The position numbers were made by a program, and so were the translations under genes. A stretch of 60,389 bases of DNA, filler included. It is 8 parts of 8 records of this genome, joined end to end, with 100 filler letters (N's around TTAATTAATTAA, not from the genome) between each part and the next. Parts side by side here need not be neighbours in the genome. Positions count along the whole stretch, not along the records: positions 1 to 5,090 come from SRR31156797_46870; positions 5,191 to 12,488 come from SRR31156797_46897; 6 more parts are not named here. One strand, written 5' to 3'. Below, one piece after another: positions 1 to 9,249 of the stretch; within the stretch, counting starts at the first letter, position 1, and each line of letters opens with the position of its first letter. The notes under the pieces are model-generated. The model was not told the origin of the DNA and searched no databases. It saw only the letters and a program-made list of their open reading frames with translations.

Positions 1-3000
1 ACGTCGGCATCACTGATGTTGAGCAGTTCGACATACTCGGCGTCACCTGCCCCTTGGGGGTGGTACATGATCTCGCTGATCACGACTGGTCCGACGCGCG
101 GGCCGGCATTCTCGTCGCCCGGCGTGGCCGCCGCCAGCGCCACAAAATCGACGGCTCCCGTGCTCGTCCGATGGCGCCCCAAAGACACCCCGGGCTCGGA
201 TGGACCAAACGTCACTTCTCCGCTGTATCCGGTCAGGACGCCGCCCGATCCTGAATGCAGATGGAGGGTCTCCCCGATCCGACTCAGTCCAAACGGGTCG
301 TGACATCCAGGGTCGTCTTCGTTGCCGAAATGCTGATCGTCACTGAGGACCAGATAGCCATACGGGGCGATAACAGTCCCGAGGGCGATTTCATACTTGG
401 TCAGCGTGCCGCGCTGGTCGCTGAGGAACCAGCCCCCCACGTCGATCATCTCGTTACTGGTGTTGTGCAGTTCGATCCAATCGGGAACACCGCCCGCTGA
501 ATTGGCGAGAAGCTCGTTGACGACGATGGTGCCTGGTTCGGGCACCTGGCCGGCGTCATCGAAGCCAGGCGACCCCCCCGCCGCGGCACTGGGCCGCCAA
601 CCGTCCTTCTGTGCCCAGAGACCCGGATCGAGGTAAGCCATGTCTCTCATCGTCAGCGAGAAGCCGGCACCATCGGTGATATCGTACCACGCGTCACGGT
701 AGCGGAAGCTCTGAATCACCGCGCCGGCCGCATCCTGCAACTCGATCTGCTCACCCGCATTGCTGAGACTGCCTGCGTAGACGCCTGCAACAGGCAATCC
801 CGGACCATAGCTGGCTTCGAACGTCGCGATATCTCTGACCACCAGGACATGCGATTGCGGTGCCAACTCGATATCGGAGAAGGCAAAATCGATGCCCGCG
901 GTGAACGTAACCAGGTTCAGGTTGATCGGCTCGGCCCCGATGTTGGTCAGTTCGACGTACTCGGCATTCGGATCGTCCGGGTGATACATAATCTCACTGA
1001 TGCGCAGACTCTCCGCCACCGGCCCGACCGCGAACGTCACCTCGCCGAGAGCGCTCCATGTGTTGCCGTCACGAGCGCGGGCCTTGACTCGCACACTCTC
1101 GGTCAGGGCGATCGGCTCGTTGTACCGCAGTGCCCCGTCGGGCGCCGTCACTGCCGCCTGGCGCATGGCGCTCAGTTCGGCCACAATCAGAAGATCCGAA
1201 CTCGTCAGCGAACTGTTCAATCCGTGGATCGCCAGGACGTTGGCGCCACTGCGCAATTTCAGGAGCGCGTCGGTGATATCGATGGACTCGAAAACGATCG
1301 CATCGATATCGCTATGCGAGGCGGTCGCGGTCGAATCCCAGGCCGGTGCGCCCTCGAAGTTGCGGCGGGCCACTTCGGTTCCGTTGAGGTAGGCGACGAA
1401 CCCATCGTCGTATCGCATCTTCAGGGTCAGTTGGTCGAGGACATCGCGATCGCCGGAGAAGGAAAACGGAATCCGGATATAACAGGAGCCGTTGACACCA
1501 TGCATCAGCCGCTCCAGGTCGGCGCTGAGATAATCCTCGTATCCCGTACTGCGTTCGTATCCAACCCCACCGGGCAACCCCTCGGAGAGAATCCAACCCG
1601 CATCGTCGAATCCGCGAATGCCCATCCAATCCTCCACCTCCGCGCCCTCCGGGACCAGGACATACTTGGCGGCATCCGCATCGACCAGTGGAACGATGGG
1701 CATCTCGGCTGGCGTCTGTGACCCACTCGGATCGGTTCCATCCAGCGTGTAGTAGATATCGGCCCCCGCCCGAGACGGGACCATTTGCAGCAGGTCCCCC
1801 GTGGCGGCATGCCCACCCTGCTGATAGGCTCCGTTGACCGCGAAAATCGGCCCGTCGAAGGTGTACATGCCCTCCCGCAAACAGGCATCGATGAACACCT
1901 CCTCACGGTTCGGTATCCAGGTGTCAATCATGTAGGTGTTCATGTTGGGAATGACACCCTGGAGTTCGCGACGCATTTCCGAGAAGCGCGCGTTGATGTT
2001 GGTCGGGCTCAGGGCACCGCCGTCATGGAAATGCTTGTACAGACGATCGCCGAAGAGTTGTCGGAAGTTCCGGTTGACCTTGAGGGCACGGTAGAGCTGG
2101 GCGTTGGGGTTGCTCTGGCTGTTGAGTTCCCCAAATCGATCGGCGTGAAGCTGATTCGTTTCAAAGGTACCTTCCGCATCCCAGGCGAAGAACTTCCACC
2201 GGCCGGCCGCGGAACGCTCGGCGGCCGCAGCCCAGTTATTCTGAGGCCAGTCCCAATCGTTGGGCCACAGGCGAATGATGAGATAGTCGATGAACGAGAC
2301 CACGTCGAGCTTGCCCATCAGTTCCTGGTAATTCGCGTCGAGCGCCAGGTTGTTCGAGCGGGCGTAGTTGAGCATATCGTTCCAAGACTGTATATTGCCG
2401 TCCCGAATCCCGTTCATCGTCATGACGTCCCAGGGCGCGTCACTATCGAACCACTGTTGGCAGGCGTCGTCTTTGATGTGCTCGGTCGGGTTGAAATAGC
2501 CTTTGTATTCCCCGTTGATGAAGACGGTAGCAAACGTTCCCACGCTGGCGCGTTGCCCCATGTCCTTCTGCAGGCGCCGCAGCAACTCGTCCTTGATGAA
2601 CGGATTCGTTCGATCGTTGTGGCCGCCGCGCAGGACGATGCTCTTGAACCACTCCACGTCAGATTCGGGGAAGAGCGAGACCTCCAGCGGTCCGGGGCCG
2701 TATTGATTCCGAAAATACAAACGCAGGCTGAACTTGCCACTCCCGCTCCAAGTGCCGTTCTGACGCACGTAGCGGGGCCGCATATAATTGCTGCCATGGA
2801 CACGGAGACCGCAATCGATCTGAAAACCGCCGTTGTCCTCAGGCTCGATCCACTCACAGGAGACGGGACGCTCCAACCCCCGGTTCATCACATTGTTGTA
2901 GCTGCCGCCGCCGGTTGAGTTCCACACGCCTCCATTGTACGTGCCCCCGACGATCGCCATGACCCCATCGGGCTCGTAGAAGGTCTTGCCCGCATCCCCC

Positions 3001-3998
3001 ACGAGCGAAATCAGAGGCAGAGATCGGATACTCTCGGCGGCATTGAAGATATAGCTATGGGTGGATATCGCCGTGGGCTTCCAGCCAGGCCTGACGGCCA
3101 TCGCCCGCAGCACGACGGTGGCATCGACCCCAAGCGGATCGGTGTACGTCCGCCCCGCCCGGAAGCGGCCGCCCTCGTCGTCAGGTCGCTTGCCATTGAG
3201 GGTATAGATGATCTCGGCCCCTTCCGTGGGACAGAGGATTGTCACATCGAACGGGGTGTCATAGAAGCCGCGCTCGTGGCTGAAGCGCAACGGCTCGACC
3301 TCACCCAGGTAGCCGTCGTTGTTGGGTTGACCCGGCGTCGGAATTCCGAAGAACCGCAACGTGTTGCCGGCGTCGGGATGGCGTCCGAAAGAAATGTCAG
3401 GGGTCTGCTCAGTGAAGACCAGACTGTCGATGGGAGTCACCCCGTCGGCCGCGAACAAATGGACCTCGTCGCCATCGGCATCCAGCTTGAAGTTCGCATG
3501 CAGCCAAATGCCAGTGGCATCCTCGTCAGCCCATACGATCAGATAGCCTCCAGGTGCAATCGTCGTTAGGGTGCGATCGTCGACGGGAAACTGCCACTTG
3601 GTGGGCTCAGTCGCATCGTCCGTCAGATACATCCCGGCCAGGTTGATCCGTGTGCGGCCGGCGTTGTGAATCTCGATCCAGTCGTCGAAATCGCCACTGA
3701 GATCCTTCACGAAGGCGCTGTTGGCTGCCATCACCTCGTTGATCACCAGGGGAACCGGGGCCGAGCCCCACGTCTGGGCCAGAATCTGCAAATCGCCGAG
3801 CCCCACCTGACCGTTGGCGTCGAGATCCGCCTGCGTCTCGGTCTCGAGCAGCCATTCGGCCGCCAACATCTCGAGATCCAGCGGATCGACCCGGCAATCT
3901 CCCGTCAGGTCCCCGGGCGGACAGGCCGCCCAGACCACACCGATCGAGGCCGATGCGATCCACGCACAAACCAGACATAAGAGCGTTGCCTTCTGCAT
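1..3998 (-). CDS. Large secreted lamin-tail-domain (LTD) / CotH-kinase / Fn3-associated protein with N-terminal dockerin-like EF-hand pair (3' truncated)
   Basis: Translated by hand from ATG at 3998 and open to the window edge; absent from the ORF track because it has no stop. Signal peptide MQKATLLCLVCAWIASASIGVVWA; GDLTGDCRVDPLDL and ADLDANGQVGLGDL repeats; LTD starts LVINEVMAAN..DWIEIHN, LRISEIMYHP, IVVNELLAN, VVISEIMYHP; IIYTLNG and IYYTLDGTDP motifs; CotH-like FINGEYKGYFNPTEH and DWPQNNW..WKFFAWDAE. Confidence 0.88.
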   Translation of the reverse strand, partial: MQKATLLCLVCAWIASASIGVVWAACPPGDLTGDCRVDPLDLEMLAAEWLLETETQADLDANGQVGLGDLQILAQTWGSAPVPLVINEVMAANSAFVKDLSGDFDDWIEIHNAGRTRINLAGMYLTDDATEPTKWQFPVDDRTLTTIAPGGYLIVWADEDATGIWLHANFKLDADGDEVHLFAADGVTPIDSLVFTEQTPDISFGRHPDAGNTLRFFGIPTPGQPNNDGYLGEVEPLRFSHERGFYDTPFDVTILCPTEGAEIIYTLNGKRPDDEGGRFRAGRTYTDPLGVDATVVLRAMAVRPGWKPTAISTHSYIFNAAESIRSLPLISLVGDAGKTFYEPDGVMAIVGGTYNGGVWNSTGGGSYNNVMNRGLERPVSCEWIEPEDNGGFQIDCGLRVHGSNYMRPRYVRQNGTWSGSGKFSLRLYFRNQYGPGPLEVSLFPESDVEWFKSIVLRGGHNDRTNPFIKDELLRRLQKDMGQRASVGTFATVFINGEYKGYFNPTEHIKDDACQQWFDSDAPWDVMTMNGIRDGNIQSWNDMLNYARSNNLALDANYQELMGKLDVVSFIDYLIIRLWPNDWDWPQNNWAAAAERSAAGRWKFFAWDAEGTFETNQLHADRFGELNSQSNPNAQLYRALKVNRNFRQLFGDRLYKHFHDGGALSPTNINARFSEMRRELQGVIPNMNTYMIDTWIPNREEVFIDACLREGMYTFDGPIFAVNGAYQQGGHAATGDLLQMVPSRAGADIYYTLDGTDPSGSQTPAEMPIVPLVDADAAKYVLVPEGAEVEDWMGIRGFDDAGWILSEGLPGGVGYERSTGYEDYLSADLERLMHGVNGSCYIRIPFSFSGDRDVLDQLTLKMRYDDGFVAYLNGTEVARRNFEGAPAWDSTATASHSDIDAIVFESIDITDALLKLRSGANVLAIHGLNSSLTSSDLLIVAELSAMRQAAVTAPDGALRYNEPIALTESVRVKARARDGNTWSALGEVTFAVGPVAESLRISEIMYHPDDPNAEYVELTNIGAEPINLNLVTFTAGIDFAFSDIELAPQSHVLVVRDIATFEASYGPGLPVAGVYAGSLSNAGEQIELQDAAGAVIQSFRYRDAWYDITDGAGFSLTMRDMAYLDPGLWAQKDGWRPSAAAGGSPGFDDAGQVPEPGTIVVNELLANSAGGVPDWIELHNTSNEMIDVGGWFLSDQRGTLTKYEIALGTVIAPYGYLVLSDDQHFGNEDDPGCHDPFGLSRIGETLHLHSGSGGVLTGYSGEVTFGPSEPGVSLGRHRTSTGAVDFVALAAATPGDENAGPRVGPVVISEIMYHPQGAGDAEYVELLNISDAD

Positions 3999-4353
3999 TC
4001 TGTGTCCCTTGTACCATCAGCATGCCGACGCCAGCAGCATCGTCTCTGCGCGACTCATGAGACCATCTCTGAAGAAGTGGCCGCGACGACTTGACATGCC
4101 CCCTATATGCCCTCGTCCTGCCATCATCACTCCTCGCGGATAAACTGGGCACTCCTAGTATAGCAGATGAACCCGGAAAAATCGAGAGACTTCCATCACA
4201 GCCACCGGCGTGGCCAATACACACGACAAAACAGTTGCCGCCCCTCGGCAATTCGATTACCTTGCCTGGGAGTTGGGTCGGTCTTTCGCAACCCAGTTGC
4301 GGTGACAGAGCGTTCAACATGGTCGGACAGTAGGAAACGGTGCACGCCTGCCA

Positions 4354-5090
4354 ATGCCGGAAGATCAGAAAAAACTGCTGGAAGAGATCGAGCCGCTGCT
4401 CGAAGCCGAGGATGCGTCGGCCTTGCGCGCGCTGCTGGACGATCAGCGCAGCAGTGACATCGCCGAGGTCGTCGAGCTGGTCGACAATGAGTGGCGCCGT
4501 CTGATCTTCGACGCGCTGGAAACAGTGATTGCCGCCGAAGTCCTGGAAAAAGTCAACGAGGCCACCCGCGAACGCCTTTTCGAATTGCTCGGCGATCACG
4601 AGATCCCGACGATCGTCTCCGAGTTGGATCACGATGACGCGGCCGACCTCCTGGCGGAGATGCCCGACGAAGTCGCCGACAAGGTGTTGGGCGGCCTGCC
4701 GAAGACGGATCGCCTCCAGATCGACAAATTGATGCGGTACTCGGAGGACTCGGCCGGCGGTATTATGGACCCGCTGGTGATCAGTGTCTCCGAAGATGCG
4801 ACGATCGCACAGGCCGTCAACAAGATTCGCGCCGCGGAGATCGACGAGGATTTCTACTCCGTTTACGTGGTGAACGAGGAAAGGCGTTTTGTCGGAGACG
4901 TGCGCTTGCGTCTCCTGCTGACCCGTCCGGAACAGGCGCGGATCGGCGATCTCATCGACCCGGACACGATCACCGTGCAAACGGATATGGACCAGGAAGA
5001 AGTCCGGAATATTTTCAGCAAGAACGACCTGATCGTCGTCCCCGTCCTGGATGCGGATCGCCATCTCGTCGGTCGTATCACGGCCGACCG
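4354..5090 (+). CDS. mgtE: Magnesium transporter MgtE, N-terminal and CBS domains (3' truncated)
   Basis: MgtE_N helical repeats (DDAADLLAEMP), YSEDSAGGIM, and a CBS pair ending VPVLDADRHLVGRITAD. Confidence 0.9.
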
Positions 5091-5190
5091 NNNNNNNNNN
5101 NNNNNNNNNNNNNNNNNNNNNNNNNNNNNNNNNNTTAATTAATTAANNNNNNNNNNNNNNNNNNNNNNNNNNNNNNNNNNNNNNNNNNNN
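5091..5190. other. Artificial contig spacer (N-run with TTAATTAATTAA); the same spacer occurs at six more positions
   Basis: 100-nt N block with an all-frame stop linker; gene content and composition change across each spacer. Confidence 0.98.
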
Positions 5191-6330
5191 GGCGGTGTAC
5201 TGACCTATTCCTGGACCCTTGAGGGCACAGAGCTGGGAACCGGCGTGGAGCTGACCCATACATTTAGCGAAGGAATCCATGATGTAAGTCTGACCGTAGC
5301 GGATGACGACGGTGCGGAAGCCTCGGCCGTTGTTACTGTCTATGTGGATCAGGCCAATATTGCCCCTGTTGCCGATGCGGGAGAGGATCAGGTTGTGAAA
5401 GAGAGCGATACCGTATCCTTCTCTGCCGCCGGTTCCTACGATCCCAACGCCGACGACAGCCTGGAGTATATCTGGGATTTCGATTCCTTAAGCGGTGATG
5501 GTGCTAACGACGAGGACGCAGCAACTGTAGAGACCAGTCATCAGTACCTCGATCCCGGTGTCTACGAGGTTACCCTGACGGTTTCCGACGGGACTGCCTA
5601 TGATTTCGATACCATGACCGTTACGGTTCTGGCCAATGCAGTCCCTGTTGCTGATGCGGGCGCCGATCGGGAAGTTCTGACCAACGAGTCTGTTTCCTTC
5701 TCAGCCACGGCCTCCTACGATGAGGACAGCGACAGTGATGACCTGACCTATTCCTGGGATTTCGGTGACGCCATAGATTCCTCTGATCAGGCCACCGGTC
5801 TGGCGGCAGACTACACCTACACCGATCCGGGAACCTATACGGTTACCCTGACGGTGGAAGATGAACTCGAGGCTATTGATACCGCGACTGTTACGGTAGT
5901 GGTCGAGGCGAGCTTTAAGTTCAACCTCACCTACAGCGGTTCCAATGACTTTGACAGCGAGCACCCTCTGGTGGCTGCTGTTTTCGACACGGGGACTGGT
6001 GAGATTGTCTACTCCGACAGCCTGGGTGCTGACGGTACCGTTACCTGCCTGACTACCGATCTCTACCCGGTTTACGATCCGGAAAAGGATTACATTCTTC
6101 TGGTTATCCACGATATGGATAACGATTTCGACCCCGCCTATCCCCATTTCGTTGTAAATGACCCGCTGGATTATATTGGTGTTTATACAAGCGATGCGGA
6201 TGCTGTTGGCGGACTTCTGTATAGCATTACTGCTGAAGATTTTGTTCTTGCCGATTCGAAAATCGAACCTGCGAGCTACGATATCGACTTCAGCGATGTG
6301 GAAGGCAGCATCGTTATTACGGTGCAGTAG
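5191..6330 (+). CDS. PKD-repeat surface protein (5' truncated)
   Basis: Frame open from the contig edge (GGVLTYSWTLEG...). PKD repeats: PVADAGED..YIWDF..PGVYEVTLTVSD and PVADAGAD..YSWDFGD..PGTYTVTLTVED. Ends in the beta-strand EGSIVITVQ. Confidence 0.85.
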   Translation, partial: GGVLTYSWTLEGTELGTGVELTHTFSEGIHDVSLTVADDDGAEASAVVTVYVDQANIAPVADAGEDQVVKESDTVSFSAAGSYDPNADDSLEYIWDFDSLSGDGANDEDAATVETSHQYLDPGVYEVTLTVSDGTAYDFDTMTVTVLANAVPVADAGADREVLTNESVSFSATASYDEDSDSDDLTYSWDFGDAIDSSDQATGLAADYTYTDPGTYTVTLTVEDELEAIDTATVTVVVEASFKFNLTYSGSNDFDSEHPLVAAVFDTGTGEIVYSDSLGADGTVTCLTTDLYPVYDPEKDYILLVIHDMDNDFDPAYPHFVVNDPLDYIGVYTSDADAVGGLLYSITAEDFVLADSKIEPASYDIDFSDVEGSIVITVQ

Positions 6331-6341
6331 GAGAAGAGAAT

Positions 6342-7676
6342 ATGAATATTAAGAAAACTTTCCTTCTTCTGATTGGAGGAGTGATTTTACTCCTGGGATC
6401 CTGCGGCGGTTCTTTCCTGGCGGAGGATGAGACGGGGGGGCTGACCCTCTCGTTCCTCGTTCCCTCCTACGGGGATTACACCGGCTCTCAGGCCAGGATC
6501 ATCGATCCCCAGTCGGAGACTATTGTTCTCTATTTGAATGATGAATATTTCGACAGTGCGGCTTTTACCCCGCCGATGGATGCCACGGCAACCTATGATG
6601 TGACCTTTGCTGTTCCGGCCCGGACTTTTACCCGGGTGAGGATCGATATCCTCGATAGTGACGGTACGGTTCTGACTTCGGGTACGGCGGAAGGTCCCTA
6701 TGTGGTCACCGAAGGTGATAGCCTTCCGGTTTCTGTGAACTGTGTACCCACCGATGATGTAACCGTAAGGTACGGAGAAGCAGGTAACGTTCTTTCCGGC
6801 TCCGTGGATGCGGGAACTATGAACTACTACTCCGCTGTCCTGCTGCCGGCAAGTTACGATGTGACGGCCACCGGATGTGAGATTTACATCCTTGAAGAGG
6901 ATGGTACGGTTCTTGTGGACGGCCTGACCGACTACTCTTCCTTTACTTTAACAGATGAGATGACGGTCTATATTGGTCTCTATAACGGCACAGAAACGGT
7001 GGTGGATTTTAATGATCTGGAGATTGCCTACGCCTCTACCTCCTATGCTCCGACGGACTTGATTTTTACAGAACTCTGCCGCTATGCGTATGACGACTAT
7101 GCTTTCGAAATCTACAACCCCACCGGAGCGGATATCGACCTTCTCAACTACACCCTCTGGGGACAGTGCTGGGAACATTACGACTATGGCTGGTCTGACA
7201 CCGAAAGGACCTATACTTTCTGGGAATCTGTTGTGGTGCCCGCCGGGGAGTACATCGTTGTTTCCGAATACTCTCTCTGGGACTACTCCAATACCAATCA
7301 ACTTAATGAGAACAGTTTTGATTCAACCGAAAAGGTTCTGAATTATTACAACCTCAACAGCAAAATATTTTACTGGGGTTGGGCCGACGGTCTGATGATA
7401 GAACTTCGGGATGAAACGGACAGTTCCGTGGACTTTGTCGCCTTTCAGGGTGAGAAGGTTGTGCTCGACTATACCCAGTGGCGGTGGAAATTCGGTTCCG
7501 TTGTCGACGGCTACTGGTGGTACTACTTCGATCACTACTACGATACCGATACGGTTGCCCGCAAGGTCCCCCTCCAGGATTCCGATTCGGCCATGGACTG
7601 GGAAGCTGCCTACGGAACCCTCGGCTCTCCCAACGATATAGGAGGTACGCAGAATGTCAGCGTTGAAATTAACTAG
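6342..7676 (+). CDS. Acidic lipoprotein, putative pilin-like subunit with PPC-like and lamin-tail-like domains
   Basis: Lipobox LLGSC (Cys21), SQAR52-IIDP motif, LTD-like LIFTELC..FEIYNPTGADIDL..GTLGSPN, C-terminal TQNVSVEIN; SD overlaps the upstream TAG. Confidence 0.75.
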   Translation: MNIKKTFLLLIGGVILLLGSCGGSFLAEDETGGLTLSFLVPSYGDYTGSQARIIDPQSETIVLYLNDEYFDSAAFTPPMDATATYDVTFAVPARTFTRVRIDILDSDGTVLTSGTAEGPYVVTEGDSLPVSVNCVPTDDVTVRYGEAGNVLSGSVDAGTMNYYSAVLLPASYDVTATGCEIYILEEDGTVLVDGLTDYSSFTLTDEMTVYIGLYNGTETVVDFNDLEIAYASTSYAPTDLIFTELCRYAYDDYAFEIYNPTGADIDLLNYTLWGQCWEHYDYGWSDTERTYTFWESVVVPAGEYIVVSEYSLWDYSNTNQLNENSFDSTEKVLNYYNLNSKIFYWGWADGLMIELRDETDSSVDFVAFQGEKVVLDYTQWRWKFGSVVDGYWWYYFDHYYDTDTVARKVPLQDSDSAMDWEAAYGTLGSPNDIGGTQNVSVEIN

Positions 7677-7677
7677 A

Positions 7678-9240
7678 ATGAAAGGAATTTCCGGAGCGGC
7701 GGTCCTTCTGGCCCTCCTGCTTCTGGCCTCCTGCGGTCCGGCTTCCGATCAGGCGGCCGGGGAAGTGATGGACCTCACTTTGAAATTGAGTGTCCTGGAT
7801 TTTGAAAATCCTGAGAATATAGAAATTGAAGAGGATTCCGAGGCAAATGCCCGGATGCTCTTTCCCCAGACCGAGAGGATCAATGTGCAGATTTCCGGTT
7901 CCGGAATGACGACCATGGATCTTTTCTTTGATGAAGCCGCCTGTGATTATTTTGATCCCGACGGGGATACCATCTGGATTACCGTCCCCGATGTCCCCAT
8001 CGGCTACAACCGGGATATTGAAGTATCGGCTCTGGATGGTTCGTCCAATGTTCTTTCGTCCGCTTCCCGGACGGTGGAAATGGACCTGAACAAGAACTCG
8101 GTCTGGATACGGCTGGTACCGGTCTACTTCACCAGAAAGGAACTCTCTGACGGCACAATCACCTTCAGCGATGCGGTTTCTTCAGGAAAAATGAAGCTTT
8201 ATCAGGTTCCTGTCGGTTCCTACGATTACTACACTGTTCACCTCACATCTGATAACCACGATGTAGACCTCTATCTCTACGATGATGACGGTTCCCTTTC
8301 CCGGGTTGTTTTCCGGGATGAAGAGGCTCCTTACGGCGAACATGAGATCGTCCGCACCTGGTATGATAACCTTCTCTATATAGGAGTTTATGGCGGTTCT
8401 ACCGGCACCAACCTCTACGAACTGGAAATCAGTGAAGAGGAGCCCCGGGATTTTGACAGCCTGTTCTCTCTCTCCGAAGAGGTTCAGGAATCCTACGATT
8501 CCATCATCGGTACCGGAACGGAGATGTACACAACTCATTATGGTTATGAGTATGCCATTGATATTCCTGCAGACTTCGATCTGATTTTCAACGGGGTCAA
8601 TTATGCAGGAGAAAAAATCTATGTCTCTCCCAACGGTTTTGCCTCTTTCTGGAACTGGGGCTTCTACTACTGGTGGGGCTACTGGGGACTGGATCCGGCG
8701 ACCTATGACTGGGACAACTGGTACGGCTGGTACTACATCTGGGACTACTCTCCTGATAAGTGGCTGCCCAACAATCTGATGGCGATCTTCATGCGCCCCC
8801 TCTTCTTCGGGGATGTGGATAATGATGGAACGACAGATTCTAAGATTGCCTGGGATTTCGTCACAGACGGTGACGGCAACGAACAGCTGATTATCGAATA
8901 CTACAAGATGGTCGCCGATTACAACGATGATGCGACGATTGTGGCAACCAACCGTTACTTCTCCGGTCAGATAGTCATTACCGAGAGTGAAACCTTCAGC
9001 AACAACTTTACTGCTGATGCAGGAATTCTCTTCAAATACGATAGAACCAACTCTGTTATGGACGATATGGAAGGTTTTGTCGGGGTGGAGAATAACGTCG
9101 GCAGCGACAGTGTTCAGCCGGATTATGAAGACAGGGCGCCTTTTGAGGATGACGGAGGTTCTCCCTATCCCGGTGGTGTTCCGGAGTTTGACCTGGCGTT
9201 CAGGTATCAGACCGGCGGTCTTGATCTGGTCCTGGAATAG
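7678..9240 (+). CDS. Acidic lipoprotein, putative pilin-like subunit with PPC-like and nidogen(NIDO)-like domains
   Basis: Start at ATG 7678 gives MKGISGAAVLLALLLLASC (Cys19); ANAR59-MLFP motif; PPC-like DVDLYLYD..YIGVYG; NIDO-like FDLIFNGVNY..IYVSPNGFASF; C-terminal TGGLDLVLE. Confidence 0.75.
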   Translation: MKGISGAAVLLALLLLASCGPASDQAAGEVMDLTLKLSVLDFENPENIEIEEDSEANARMLFPQTERINVQISGSGMTTMDLFFDEAACDYFDPDGDTIWITVPDVPIGYNRDIEVSALDGSSNVLSSASRTVEMDLNKNSVWIRLVPVYFTRKELSDGTITFSDAVSSGKMKLYQVPVGSYDYYTVHLTSDNHDVDLYLYDDDGSLSRVVFRDEEAPYGEHEIVRTWYDNLLYIGVYGGSTGTNLYELEISEEEPRDFDSLFSLSEEVQESYDSIIGTGTEMYTTHYGYEYAIDIPADFDLIFNGVNYAGEKIYVSPNGFASFWNWGFYYWWGYWGLDPATYDWDNWYGWYYIWDYSPDKWLPNNLMAIFMRPLFFGDVDNDGTTDSKIAWDFVTDGDGNEQLIIEYYKMVADYNDDATIVATNRYFSGQIVITESETFSNNFTADAGILFKYDRTNSVMDDMEGFVGVENNVGSDSVQPDYEDRAPFEDDGGSPYPGGVPEFDLAFRYQTGGLDLVLE

Positions 9241-9249
9241 GAGGCGAAA

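Noticed and set aside
3999-4353. Possible M-box (ykoK) riboswitch or leader peptide upstream of mgtE
   Set aside because: Only short hairpins are visible and I could not match the M-box consensus; an Rfam search would be needed.
16-5064. Many plus- and minus-strand ORFs (849-1721, 1785-2918, 3607-5064 and others)
   Set aside because: Shadow frames of the CotH/LTD gene and mgtE in GC-rich DNA; no recognisable motifs.
7470-8763. Aromatic-rich patches as DGR variable regions
   Set aside because: No reverse transcriptase and no template/variable repeat pair on the contig.
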